DNA of 34,757 bases from an uncultured Spirochaetales bacterium (GTDB taxonomy: Bacteria > Spirochaetota > Spirochaetia > SPDA01 > CAZJBZ01). Location: positions 1-34,757 of the forward strand of contig CAZJBZ010000002.1 in the NCBI GenBank assembly GCA_964543975.1. Direction: 5' to 3'. The position numbers and the translations under genes were made by a program. The notes under the pieces were generated by a model, which did no database searches, was not told where the DNA came from, and saw nothing but the letters and a program-made list of their open reading frames with translations. Positions 1 to 9,240 of this stretch are shown piece after piece; within the stretch, counting starts at the first letter, position 1; each line of letters begins with the position of its first letter.

Positions 1-1
1 G

Positions 2-262
2 TATAAGATATTCACGTTTCCCGGGCGCGGCGGGGCGTCACAAACCATACGCTGGATCAGACCCGATATTCTTCTGGACACCAATTATTCCGAGCGGAAC
101 GGCAAAGAGACCTATCCCCATTCCGTGCTCGATTTTGTCTTTGCGGCAAACGGGGCCGAGGAATGGGACATCACCTCGACCATCATTCAGTGGAAAGATG
201 ATTTTCCCGACAACGAAAAGACGAGCGACCACCGGCCGGTGGCCGCAATCATGCGCCAATGA
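2..262 (+). CDS. 3' end of an endonuclease/exonuclease/phosphatase (EEP)-fold protein; the 5' end lies outside the window
   Basis: The frame is open from the window edge to TGA at 260-262. It is absent from the ORF track because it has no start in the window. The translation ...TYPHSVLDFVFAANGAEEWDITSTIIQWKDDFPDNEKTSDHRPVAAIMRQ ends with the SDHxPV signature typical of EEP-family C-termini. Confidence 0.55.
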   Translation, partial: YKIFTFPGRGGASQTIRWIRPDILLDTNYSERNGKETYPHSVLDFVFAANGAEEWDITSTIIQWKDDFPDNEKTSDHRPVAAIMRQ

Positions 263-370
263 GGGCAGACCGGCGGCCGGCGATTATCGATCGCTGAGGG
301 CGGAACGGCGGCGGCAATCATTGACCGGCAGTCCCGGGCGGTCCGGGGCGACGTGCGCGGGCCCGCCCTC

Positions 371-1660
371 TCACCCTTCTCTGAACCTGACCGGCACGTA
401 GCCGGGCAGCTTCTTGTCGGCCAATTTCATCTCGAAGCGGGCGAACCGCTGCAGTCCGTTCTCTATGCGGATGTCCGGGTTTCCCTCACCGATGAGCGGC
501 CGTGCATAGGTGATAAAATCATCGGTAACGTCGAGACCGTCTTCCGTAATCCAGTTTTTCGGAAGCTGCCGTGCGGTGTTGGCCACCGTTTCCAAAGGCA
601 CCTTATCGAAGTACGGTTGATAATCGGGGCCGGGTTTTCGAAGAATCGTAGCCATATACCCGCTCCCTTCGTTGATACCGATTTCTACCGCCTTCCGGGC
701 CACGCTGTACGCCTCATCGATATCCACGACCGAGGCGTAGAGTGAAGTCCCCCGCTGCAGGACCCCCGGCACCTGTCCCGTGGCCTGGCCTCGGGCTTTC
801 AGGCCGCTGTCGTTCAAGTAGTTGACCACAGTCTGCGCCACCGTCTGTCTGCTGGCCCCGTATTCGATGTGGCCGAACCCGTCGTGCCGTTCCCCTAATG
901 AGCCGACGTTGAATCCTTCGCTGACCACCACGATGCACCGACCGCTGCGGGCGAGTTCGTCGTTCACGTTTTCCGCCATCGATTCCAGCGTGTGGTCGGT
1001 CTCCGCTAAGTAGAGCTGGAGCGGCATCCGGCGGTCGGGGTCGGCAAGACGGGCCGCTGCCGGGATGTAGCCTGAGGTCCGGCCCATGGCCTGGAGGACG
1101 GCCACCGGTTCCGAAGGGTACATCCCCCGGTTTTCCTCGTTGGTGTTCTGGATGATGTAGGTCCAATACCGGGCGGTACTTCCGTAACCGGGTGTATGGT
1201 CGATTATGGTAAACCGGTCGTCGCCTAAGTCGTTGTCGATTGTTTTCGGTACCCCAACAGCAGTTAGTTCGTAGTTTTCGGAGTGGGCGAGATCGGCCAC
1301 CTTTTTCGCCGTGTCCATGGAATCGTTTCCGCCGATGTAAAAGAAGTAGCCGATATCGTGGGCCTGAAAAACATCGATGATCCGCTGAAAATCTTCCTGC
1401 TGCCCTTCTTTGAGCTTGTACCGGCAGGTCCCCACTACTCCGGCAGCCGGAGTTCCTCGCAGCAGCGCGATCTCCGAACGGTCCTGCGCTCCGGCATCGA
1501 TCAACTCCTCCAAAAGAATGCCTTCCACACCGTGGCGTGCCGCGTAGATGGACCCGAACCGGTCAGGATAATCCAAACACGCCTCGATGACCCCCTGCAG
1601 GGAAGAGTTGATGACGGGTGAAGGTCCGCCCGATTGCGCTACAATGACGTTTCGTTTCAT
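371..1660 (-). CDS. pfp: Pyrophosphate-dependent 6-phosphofructokinase (PfkA family)
   Basis: ORF 371..1693. I trim the start to ATG at 1660 (MKRNVIVAQSGGPSPVIN, GGAG about 9 nt upstream). PFK motifs present: GGPSPVIN, YFFYIGGNDS, GVPKTIDNDL, MGRTSG. The Asp in GGNDS and the Lys in PKTIDND sit at the two positions (E. coli PfkA G104/G124) that separate PPi- from ATP-dependent enzymes. Confidence 0.85.
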   Translation of the reverse strand: MKRNVIVAQSGGPSPVINSSLQGVIEACLDYPDRFGSIYAARHGVEGILLEELIDAGAQDRSEIALLRGTPAAGVVGTCRYKLKEGQQEDFQRIIDVFQAHDIGYFFYIGGNDSMDTAKKVADLAHSENYELTAVGVPKTIDNDLGDDRFTIIDHTPGYGSTARYWTYIIQNTNEENRGMYPSEPVAVLQAMGRTSGYIPAAARLADPDRRMPLQLYLAETDHTLESMAENVNDELARSGRCIVVVSEGFNVGSLGERHDGFGHIEYGASRQTVAQTVVNYLNDSGLKARGQATGQVPGVLQRGTSLYASVVDIDEAYSVARKAVEIGINEGSGYMATILRKPGPDYQPYFDKVPLETVANTARQLPKNWITEDGLDVTDDFITYARPLIGEGNPDIRIENGLQRFARFEMKLADKKLPGYVPVRFREG

Positions 1661-1747
1661 GAATCTGCTCCAGGTTAACTTTGCTAGTGCCACATATCCC
1701 TATTTTAAAAGAGTTTTTCATGCCGCCTTTAAAGCGGCACACAAAAC

Positions 1748-1784
1748 CATGAAAATAGAGCGGCGTCGCCGATCTATTTTCATG
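1748..1784. promoter_or_regulatory. 37-bp near-perfect palindrome about 90 bp upstream of the pfp start (candidate operator or 5' hairpin)
   Basis: catgaaaataga-g-cggcg-t-cgccg-a-tctattttcatg: 18-nt arms with a single mismatch around a central T. A second small hairpin, gccgc-ctttaaa-gcggc, lies at about 1722-1738. Confidence 0.4.
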
Positions 1785-2039
1785 ATAGGCTCAACTTTTT
1801 TTGCGGCAGAACGTACCGTGACGCCGCGTTCACTCTTTTCGCGTAGACTATAGCATAAAAATCGAGCATTCGGCCAGGGCGGCCTACTGGTGTTCCTCCC
1901 CGGCCTCGGCTCCGGATGGGGACGGAGCAGGCGATGTTTCTCGTTCTTTTGAAAAGCCTGCAAGCGGACGGATCGCCGTGAAAGTAATCAATCACTTAGG
2001 TGATGAGGTTATGAAGGTGTTCCGGGTGGGATAATACCC

Positions 2040-2084
2040 TTAGTTGACAATTATCAATGATATTATGTTGACAATTAGTTGACA
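2040..2084. repeat. Three closely spaced GTTGACA boxes (GTTGACAATTA x2 and TTAGTTGACA x2, overlapping)
   Basis: GTTGACA occurs at 2043-2049, 2067-2073 and 2078-2084, in the non-coding stretch just 3' of the Rpn-like gene. The sequence reads ttagttgacaattatcaatgatattatgttgacaattagttgaca. Confidence 0.5.
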
Positions 2085-2123
2085 TAAGTGAGTTTGCCGA
2101 ATAGTGTTTTTTCTCCTGCTGAA

Positions 2124-3155
2124 TTACTTTAGCATCTTGAATATTTCTTCTTTGTTTTCAGCGAATAGAACAGCGTCAATGGCGGCATCCAGTTTCGCCA
2201 CATCTTCTACCTTTCTGATAAATGCCCTCTCTTGCGGGGTAAGGTCGAACTTCCGGGTAGTCAGCCGTGTCAGCACTTCCCGCTTCTCCTCAATCCTTCC
2301 TTTAATCTCACCTTCTTTCTTCCCTCTTTCCATTCCCTTCTCCAAACCTCTTTCCATTCCGATCCGTTCCCAACTTGTTATATACGGCATAACTTTTCCT
2401 CCCGTTTCTTCGGCTATCTCGTCAATCAGTTTATGTTCGAGCTCTTTCGGCAACTGAACAATCCAATCGAGAAACAGTAGCAAGGAGCGAATGTAATCAG
2501 CGCCGTAGCCACAGCGGTACAGCCGCAGAACAAGCCGCTTCTTACACGCATACCGTTCCTCCACATCGTCCGACCGTTTTTCTCGACGACGGCGGAGTGC
2601 GTTCATCTCCAGCTGCGCCGCGGTGATGAACGCAAATGGATTGTCCCGATTCTCCGCAGTTTTTATCTTCTCTTTTAAGTATAATAGCTTTGCCGTGTGG
2701 AATTCCACCCGCATATACCTCTTTGCGTCCGATATTTCAAAAGAGGAGGGATGAAAGGAGTGATCATCGTCGGTAAGCACGACGAGAGTGACAGGGAAGC
2801 TGTGGAAGCGGTCGTAGATGCGGTACGCGTACTGAAACAGTCGATCGGCAAACCCCGGTTCCTTTCTGCCCTGCACTTCCACGTGGGTGTAGATGTGCTG
2901 ATGTACGTCTGAACGATGGTGTACTTTTACAAGAAGGTCGGCCAGCCGCCCGGGACCGATGTTGTGTGGGCTGAGTTTCTGAAGCTCTTTTTCCAGAAAC
3001 TCGGGCGGATAGGTGAGGTCGATCTCCTCCCCTACATCGGGGAAGTAGAAGCTGAGAAAGGAGGCGAAGTGGGCTTTTATGATGTCTTTCCACGCATTAT
3101 CGTAGTTGTCCAAAAGAGATTTCTCCTGTAATAGTGCCGATAATTTTCCCCGCAC
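2124..3155 (-). CDS. Rpn-family recombination-promoting nuclease / putative transposase-like protein (PD-(D/E)XK core with a DUF4351-like C-terminal tail)
   Basis: 343-aa ORF. The N-terminal half has the pattern I associate with this family (...ADLLVKV...HIYTHVEVQGRKEPGFADRLFQYAYRIYDRF...). The C-terminus carries a charged ERG/MERG repeat and a ...LTRLTTRKFDLTPQERAFIRKVEDVAKLDAAIDAV tail. Assigned from memory of the family, not from a search. Confidence 0.55.
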   Translation of the reverse strand: MRGKLSALLQEKSLLDNYDNAWKDIIKAHFASFLSFYFPDVGEEIDLTYPPEFLEKELQKLSPHNIGPGRLADLLVKVHHRSDVHQHIYTHVEVQGRKEPGFADRLFQYAYRIYDRFHSFPVTLVVLTDDDHSFHPSSFEISDAKRYMRVEFHTAKLLYLKEKIKTAENRDNPFAFITAAQLEMNALRRRREKRSDDVEERYACKKRLVLRLYRCGYGADYIRSLLLFLDWIVQLPKELEHKLIDEIAEETGGKVMPYITSWERIGMERGLEKGMERGKKEGEIKGRIEEKREVLTRLTTRKFDLTPQERAFIRKVEDVAKLDAAIDAVLFAENKEEIFKMLK

Positions 3156-3276
3156 TGCTCGATGTTTTTCTTTATGCTCGTTTGACTAAAGCAAAAGCCA
3201 CCACCTCTTAATACACATGGATTTTTCCTGCTGCTTCAAAAATCTGGGAAAAAGAAATTAATTCGCGAAAAAAAAG

Positions 3277-3305
3277 TTGACAGCCCCCTCTTTATACTTT
3301 AAGAT
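3277..3305 (+). promoter_or_regulatory. Sigma70-like promoter of the ABC/sulfatase operon
   Basis: TTGACA (3277-3282), 17-nt spacer, TAAGAT (3300-3305). It lies about 50 nt upstream of the ATG at 3356. Confidence 0.55.
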
Positions 3306-3345
3306 AATTAGTTAGTAAGAGTTTCTTACTAACTAATTATCTTAA
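3299..3345. promoter_or_regulatory. Perfect 22-bp-arm inverted repeat (47 bp) overlapping the -10 box and abutting the SD; candidate operator and/or 5'-UTR hairpin
   Basis: ttaagataattagttagtaaga-gtt-tcttactaactaattatcttaa. All 22 arm positions were checked base by base. It is followed directly by GGAGGAAGGA and ATG (3356). Confidence 0.7.
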
Positions 3346-3355
3346 GGAGGAAGGA

Positions 3356-4711
3356 ATGTTAATAAAACGTTTCGTCTCGAAATTTTTCATTTTGGTTTTC
3401 TCTTTGGTCCTCGTATCTACATTTGTTTTTGCCGGAGGTCAAAGTGAAGAGGCTGCCGATGATTCAAAACAGTTCAGCGGTACTGAAATCAATATCTTGA
3501 TGCTTGAACAGGCTTACGCGAAAGGATTTCAACAGCTTGCCCCTCAATTGGAGGAAGAAACAGGCATAAAGGCTGAAGTTGAGACTCTCGCGCAGGTCGC
3601 CTTGATGCAGAAAGTCGGAGTAGAACTCGCTTCAAGAAGCAAGGCGTACGATCTTCTCTTCGTTGAGGCGGATAGACTGCCGCGTTTTGCCGGAGAATAT
3701 CTTCAGTCTTTGGATGGTTATATTGAAGATCCCAATTTAGCCGATCCGGATTTGGATATTGAAGATTTCATTGAACCATGTCGGAACGCTTTTACTTACA
3801 ATGGGAAACTGTATTCATTGCCTTTTTTCGCCGCGTGCCAGATGTTCTATTACCGGTTCGATATATTAGAAGATCACGGTTTTGACAGCGGACCGAAGAC
3901 TTTCGTGGAAATGCTGGAAGTGGCTAAAAAAGTACACAACGATCCCGTTCCCGCGATCGCGTTACGCGGTCAGGCCGGTACACACAACATTTGGGTGTGG
4001 TCTCAATTCCTCTATGGTTACGGCGGCCACTTTTTTAAGAACTATCCGGATGATCTAACGCCGACCATCAATTCTCCGGAAGCTGTCGAGGCATTAAAAA
4101 TCTATGTCGATATGATGCAAAACTACAGTATTCCGGGAGCAGCATCAGGTCATTATGATGATGTTGTCATCGCTATGCAGCAAGGTAAGGTAGCAATGGC
4201 AATCGAGGGAGGTCCTTTGGGAGGAAGAATATTGGACCCGGAAAAAACAAAAGTACACGGCAAAGTCGGCTTTTCCGTCTCACCCGGCGGTCCTGAAGGG
4301 CAGTTTCCTCCGTTTACCTCGCAGGGGCTTTCGATAAACGCGGCTTCCGAAAATAAAGAAGCGGCCTTTGTCGCGATGCAATGGGGAACAAGCAAGGAAA
4401 TTCTAAAGCAGATCGCCTTAGATCAGCTTCATGTTGCCGTTACACGAAATTCCGTATGGCAGGATGAGGATTTCAAAGCTAAATACGATTTTGATTGGGG
4501 ACATGGTTCCTTCACAGACGCGTATCAGGAAACATTACAGGTTGCGCCGCCGAAATACCGGCCCGCGTTTGAACATTGGGCCGAAGTAAGAGACCTCGTC
4601 GGTATTTCCGTTCAAGAGGCTGTTGTCGATAAGAAGAGTCCTAAAGCTGCTTTGGACGATGCTCAGGCAAAAATCACTAACGTATTGCAGGAACACGGTT
4701 ACATAGACTAA
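3356..4711 (+). CDS. ABC transporter extracellular solute-binding protein (family 1, carbohydrate type)
   Basis: 451-aa ORF with an N-terminal hydrophobic signal (FILVFSLVLVSTFVFAGG) and a strong SD (AAGGAGG). It is followed by two MalF/MalG-type permease genes. Confidence 0.8.
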   Translation: MLIKRFVSKFFILVFSLVLVSTFVFAGGQSEEAADDSKQFSGTEINILMLEQAYAKGFQQLAPQLEEETGIKAEVETLAQVALMQKVGVELASRSKAYDLLFVEADRLPRFAGEYLQSLDGYIEDPNLADPDLDIEDFIEPCRNAFTYNGKLYSLPFFAACQMFYYRFDILEDHGFDSGPKTFVEMLEVAKKVHNDPVPAIALRGQAGTHNIWVWSQFLYGYGGHFFKNYPDDLTPTINSPEAVEALKIYVDMMQNYSIPGAASGHYDDVVIAMQQGKVAMAIEGGPLGGRILDPEKTKVHGKVGFSVSPGGPEGQFPPFTSQGLSINAASENKEAAFVAMQWGTSKEILKQIALDQLHVAVTRNSVWQDEDFKAKYDFDWGHGSFTDAYQETLQVAPPKYRPAFEHWAEVRDLVGISVQEAVVDKKSPKAALDDAQAKITNVLQEHGYID

Positions 4712-4717
4712 TGTCTT

Positions 4718-4740
4718 GGGGGAGGAATTCCTCCCCCTTT
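4718..4740 (+). terminator. Intra-operon hairpin after the binding-protein gene (partial terminator or mRNA stabiliser)
   Basis: Perfect 20-nt palindrome gggggaggaattcctccccc (4718-4737), followed by only TTT. Confidence 0.5.
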
Positions 4741-4774
4741 CAATCCTATATCATTTAAAAGGGATGGAACATCA

Positions 4775-5641
4775 TTGATAAAAAGAGGAAATTATTTGCT
4801 GTTCGTACTGCCGGCGCTGGTTTTTATTGTGTTAATAACCGTCATTCCGCTGCTCGGTACAACATCTCTCAGTTTTGTTAAATACGAAATTACGCGGCCT
4901 GACGAAATCCATTTTGTTGGGTTTAAAAATTACATCAATCTCGTTCATGATGCACGATTTTTAAATTCCGTAAAAGTAATGTTTTTATTGATCGTTATTC
5001 CTGTCACCATTCAGTTGCTTTTTGGTCTTTCGTTGGCTGTCGCGTTAAATGAAAGGCTGAAAGGAACGCGCTGGATGCGTCTATTTTTCTTAACTCCCGC
5101 GATAATGCCTCCTATTGTGATCGGGTTGGTATGGAAACTCTTTATTATCCCTCAACAGGGGGGGCTCGCGTATTTTTTACAACTCTTCGGCGCGCGGAGT
5201 CCGGACCTACTGAGCACTCCGATCGGCGCGTTATCGGTCATCATGGTTGCGGCGGTATGGACCGGTACACCGTTTGTTACTATCATGTATTTATCGGCAA
5301 TAGAGTCGATTTCAAACTCATATTATGAAGCTGCCGAAATAGACGGTGCAAGCTGGTTTCAAAGACATCGAGTAATTACGCTGCCTTTGGTGACTTCCGT
5401 CACAAAGACCCTCATTATTTTCAGAATGCTCGAGGCCCTCGCGATATTCCCGGTTATTTTCATCTTGACCGGCGGCGGGCCCGCAAGTGCCACGGAGCCC
5501 ATCAATTTTTACGCGTATGTAACCGGTTTCGATTATCTGCAGCTGGATTACGCGGCAGCTATTATCGTTGTCTTCTTTTTACTCTTGATGCTTATCAGTT
5601 TTCCGTTTTTAAGAAGTCTTGTAAGAAAGGGCAGGAGCTAA
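4775..5641 (+). CDS. Carbohydrate ABC transporter permease (MalF/UgpA-like)
   Basis: 288-aa polytopic membrane ORF with the EAA-loop motif YEAAEIDGASWFQRHRVITLPL. The start is apparently TTG at 4775, which is uncertain. Confidence 0.8.
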   Translation: MIKRGNYLLFVLPALVFIVLITVIPLLGTTSLSFVKYEITRPDEIHFVGFKNYINLVHDARFLNSVKVMFLLIVIPVTIQLLFGLSLAVALNERLKGTRWMRLFFLTPAIMPPIVIGLVWKLFIIPQQGGLAYFLQLFGARSPDLLSTPIGALSVIMVAAVWTGTPFVTIMYLSAIESISNSYYEAAEIDGASWFQRHRVITLPLVTSVTKTLIIFRMLEALAIFPVIFILTGGGPASATEPINFYAYVTGFDYLQLDYAAAIIVVFFLLLMLISFPFLRSLVRKGRS

Positions 5642-5645
5642 TAAT

Positions 5646-6473
5646 ATGCTGAAACGTTCAACGGATTCAATCGTTTATACATATATTGTGACCTTCTTTT
5701 TTGCCCTCTTCTTCGCGTTGCCGATTATTTGGATGATCTCTACGGCTTTTAAATCGCAGCTCGAAATATTCGAATCTCCGCCGATTCTTTTTGTAAAGCC
5801 TAAGCTGGTCAATTTCCGTGAGGTTCTTCTCGATCAAAAATTCATGCGCGCGCTCAGGAACAGTGTATTCACGGCGATAGGGACCGTCATTTTGACGGTT
5901 ATCATCGCGGTGCCCGCTTCATATGGGCTGTCCAGATTACGCGGAGCCATAAAAACGAATATCCTTGCATGGCTGCTTCTCACCCGTTCCGCTCCCGGTA
6001 TGATTTACGTGATACCCTATTTTATCGTCTATTCCCGCATAGGGTTGATCGACACGACGTTAGGACTGGTCATAATCAACCTCATTTTTACCATACCGTT
6101 GATGATTTGGCTTTTGCTCAGTTTTTTTGAGGAGATACCGGCAAGCATCGAGGAAGCCGCGTTTGTAGACGGGGCGAGTATATTTCAGGTATTCACCCGA
6201 ATAGCAATCCCGCTTGTCCGATCAGGACTCTCGGCAAGCGCGATTCTCGTCTTTATATTTTCATGGAATGAGTTCCTGTTCGCGCTGATTATCACAAGGC
6301 GAGAAGCAGTTACCGCGCCCATATCAATCGTTAATTTTATGGCGTATGCCGGTACCGAATGGGGTAAAGTTGCCGCGGGTGGTATTTTTATTCTCTTACC
6401 TGTCCTCATATTTTCACTTATAATCAGAAAATACCTCATTCGTGGAATGGCGGCCGGTGCCGTCAAAGAATGA
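5646..6473 (+). CDS. Carbohydrate ABC transporter permease (MalG/UgpE-like)
   Basis: 275-aa membrane ORF with the EAA-loop motif EEAAFVDGASIFQVFTRIAIPL. GGAG lies 8 nt upstream of the ATG. Confidence 0.8.
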   Translation: MLKRSTDSIVYTYIVTFFFALFFALPIIWMISTAFKSQLEIFESPPILFVKPKLVNFREVLLDQKFMRALRNSVFTAIGTVILTVIIAVPASYGLSRLRGAIKTNILAWLLLTRSAPGMIYVIPYFIVYSRIGLIDTTLGLVIINLIFTIPLMIWLLLSFFEEIPASIEEAAFVDGASIFQVFTRIAIPLVRSGLSASAILVFIFSWNEFLFALIITRREAVTAPISIVNFMAYAGTEWGKVAAGGIFILLPVLIFSLIIRKYLIRGMAAGAVKE

Positions 6474-6507
6474 TTTAACAAACATCAAGAGACGAAGGGA
6501 GAAAGTT

Positions 6508-7998
6508 TTGCCGAATAAAAAAAGTACACCTAACATTTTGTGGTTTTGCACCGATCAGCAAAGATGGGATACAATACGCTCATTAGGTAATAAATACATC
6601 AACACTCCAAATATCGATAGACTCTGCAGAGAAGGGGTGGCGTTTCAAAGGGCTTATACACAATGTCCTATTTGTACACCGAGCAGGGCAACATTTTTAA
6701 CCGGCCGATATCCTGCTACACACCACGTTTACAGAAATGGAATTGATTATTTCCCTCCAAGCGAAAAATTAATAACGAAAATGATTTCTGAAAACGGATA
6801 TCACTGCGGATTGGTCGGTAAGCTTCATTTATCGCGTGCTCAGGACAGAGTCGAGATTAGACCTGATGACGGTTATGACGAGTTTTATTGGAGTCAGCAT
6901 CCGTTTCCCGACATCGGGCCGGACGATGATTACCGGGAGTGGCTTCGTAAAAAGCATAATGTCGATCCGTTGGAACTGACGAAGGGACTGAATGCTTCCT
7001 ACGGTGCCGGAGTGCCGACGAAATACCACCATACAACGTGGTGCGGTGAGACGTCGGTCGAGTTTATTAAACGAAACAGCGGCAAACCCTGGCTCCTCAG
7101 TGTCAACTGTTTTGATCCTCATCCTCCGTTCGATCCGCCTGAAGAATATCTGTCAAAATACGATAAAGAAAAACTCCCCTATCCGATATTCCAAGAGAGT
7201 GATATCGACCACCAGAAATTGTTCAGAAATATCGATCAACAGTCGGTAGAAGCGGCAAATCCTTACAGTAATGGATCCGAGGAGGCGGTGTATGATAAAG
7301 AGATCGATTACAGCAATACACATGACAAGCCCCCTCTGAATTACGATGCCCGTGAAGTAAAAGCGTGTTATTATGCTTCGATCGAACTTGTCGACGCGCA
7401 ATTGGGCAAGATGCTGGATGCGCTAGAAGAGACGGGCCAAAGAGAAAATACCGTCATCATTTTCATGAGTGATCACGGTGAATTGTTGGGTGATCACGGT
7501 CTTTTGTACAAAGGATGCAGATTCTATGAATCTCTTGTACGCGTGCCCTTGATCATTGCCGGTACGGAAGAATACCTTGCGGATGTTAGAACGGACGCTC
7601 TTGTCGAGCTGATCGATTGTGCCCCCACCGTATTGGATATCGCGGGTGTCGTAACTCCCTCTTTCATCCAAGGAGAATCGCTCTATAATCTTTTAACCGG
7701 CAAGCATAATATCAATAGACATAAAACGCATGTCATATCGGAGTTCAGCGACACCTTGGGCTTCGACGGGGCCAAGGGAAGCAGAGGCACCATGTATTTT
7801 GACGGTAAATATAAGATGTGCCGCTATCCTAACGAGGGTATCGGCGAGTTGTATGACCTTGAAAACGATCCGAATGAGTTTATCGATCTATGGAACAACG
7901 ATGAATACAAAGATGTAAAAATGGAAATAACCGAAAAACACTTTGACGCCATGATTAATACAATAAGCACCGGAATAGAGAGAACGGGTGATTACTGA
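6508..7998 (+). CDS. Cys-type sulfatase (formylglycine-dependent family) with no signal peptide
   Basis: ORF 6442..7998. I prefer the TTG at 6508, preceded by GAAGGGAG, giving LPNKKSTPNILWFCTDQQRWD. The catalytic signature is CTPSRATFLTGR (C-x-P-x-R). Downstream sulfatase blocks are FMSDHGELLGDHG and the C-terminal LYDLENDPNEF. Confidence 0.85.
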   Translation: MPNKKSTPNILWFCTDQQRWDTIRSLGNKYINTPNIDRLCREGVAFQRAYTQCPICTPSRATFLTGRYPATHHVYRNGIDYFPPSEKLITKMISENGYHCGLVGKLHLSRAQDRVEIRPDDGYDEFYWSQHPFPDIGPDDDYREWLRKKHNVDPLELTKGLNASYGAGVPTKYHHTTWCGETSVEFIKRNSGKPWLLSVNCFDPHPPFDPPEEYLSKYDKEKLPYPIFQESDIDHQKLFRNIDQQSVEAANPYSNGSEEAVYDKEIDYSNTHDKPPLNYDAREVKACYYASIELVDAQLGKMLDALEETGQRENTVIIFMSDHGELLGDHGLLYKGCRFYESLVRVPLIIAGTEEYLADVRTDALVELIDCAPTVLDIAGVVTPSFIQGESLYNLLTGKHNINRHKTHVISEFSDTLGFDGAKGSRGTMYFDGKYKMCRYPNEGIGELYDLENDPNEFIDLWNNDEYKDVKMEITEKHFDAMINTISTGIERTGDY

Positions 7999-8016
7999 TT
8001 ACCGTACTATGTAAAA

Positions 8017-9225
8017 ATGAAATATTCAGGCGTAAGAAACAGAAACTTGAGTGTCATCTTAAAAGCCGTTAAGAGAAATCCCGTTGTAAACAGGACCCAA
8101 TTAGCGAAGATGACGGGCCTAACGAAAACCACGATCAGCAGCACGATTAATGAGTTAATGGATTTCGATCTTATTCGTGTGGAAGGAGAGGGTGGCGCTT
8201 CCTCCAAAGGCGGAAGGAAGCCGGTCCTTTTAAGTCTGAAAGAGGATTCATACAAAGCAATCGGAATAGATATACGACGGGAAAAACTTATTGTCGTATT
8301 GGTAGACTTAGGGGGCAATGTCATCCACTCGAACTCTTTGATGATTCCTCCTCATCCTGAAAAGAAGAGTATTTTATCTCTGATAAGAGAAACCCTGCAA
8401 AATTATGTGGAGATTGCCGGTGAAAAAATATTGGGAATCGGGCTGGGTGTTCCGGGTCCTTTAGATTTAGTTGAAAAAAAAATATTGAACCCGATCGATT
8501 TCGACTGTCTGAGAGATACCCCGATAAAGGATATTGTCTATGAATGGTTTGGATTACCAACTTTTGTGGAAACAGGTTCCGATTGCGGAGCTATGTCGGA
8601 ATATTATCAGAAGAACAGTGTGAGGCGGTTGGTAGGACTATTGGTGTTCGTTGAAGTCGATTACGGTTTGGGATTTACGTTGATGGACCGAGGTAAAATC
8701 ATTCAGGGGGTGACCTCCGCCGGCGAAATCGGACACATCGTCATCAATGTGGATGGGAAAAATTGTGACTGCGGAAGAAGAGGTTGTCTGTATGATTATG
8801 CTTCCGGAGAAGCGCTGTTAAAAACAATGAGGGAGTCCGGGAATATCGATGAGAAGCAATATGAAAGTTTCGGAGTGTTCTTTGAGAATTTTGTAAAGGA
8901 ATATAATAACGGCTCGGAGTTGCACGGAAGCATCATGGAAAAAACCGGTTATTACATGGCTGTGGGGATTGCGAATATATTCAACTTATTCAGTCCGAAC
9001 ATACTGCTTATCGGCAGCAGTCTGGACGGCGTTGCCGATATGTATGTCAATAATATAAAAGCGTGTGTTGATAACCTGGGGGGGATGGAAAAAAATATCG
9101 GACCGCGGATTTTCGCTGCCCATTACGGTCCGAACGCGATAGCTGTCGGAGCGGCAATGCTGGTGCTGCAGGATTTCTTAGAAACGCCGAGAACGTATTT
9201 GAAGAAACGACAACTAAATCGCTGA
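8017..9225 (+). CDS. ROK-family transcriptional regulator (NagC/XylR-like)
   Basis: 402-aa ORF. It has an N-terminal wHTH (RTQLAKMTGLTKTTISSTINELM), glycine-rich ROK motifs, and the Zn motif GHIVINVDGKNCDCGRRGCL. Confidence 0.8.
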   Translation: MKYSGVRNRNLSVILKAVKRNPVVNRTQLAKMTGLTKTTISSTINELMDFDLIRVEGEGGASSKGGRKPVLLSLKEDSYKAIGIDIRREKLIVVLVDLGGNVIHSNSLMIPPHPEKKSILSLIRETLQNYVEIAGEKILGIGLGVPGPLDLVEKKILNPIDFDCLRDTPIKDIVYEWFGLPTFVETGSDCGAMSEYYQKNSVRRLVGLLVFVEVDYGLGFTLMDRGKIIQGVTSAGEIGHIVINVDGKNCDCGRRGCLYDYASGEALLKTMRESGNIDEKQYESFGVFFENFVKEYNNGSELHGSIMEKTGYYMAVGIANIFNLFSPNILLIGSSLDGVADMYVNNIKACVDNLGGMEKNIGPRIFAAHYGPNAIAVGAAMLVLQDFLETPRTYLKKRQLNR

Positions 9226-9240
9226 CCGGCGCGACGAGAT

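Noticed and set aside
714-1621. ORFs of 150 aa (minus strand, alternate frame) and 112 aa (plus strand) inside pfp
   Set aside because: They overlap the PFK coding frame, have a low-complexity Arg/Gly/Pro composition, and carry no start signals.
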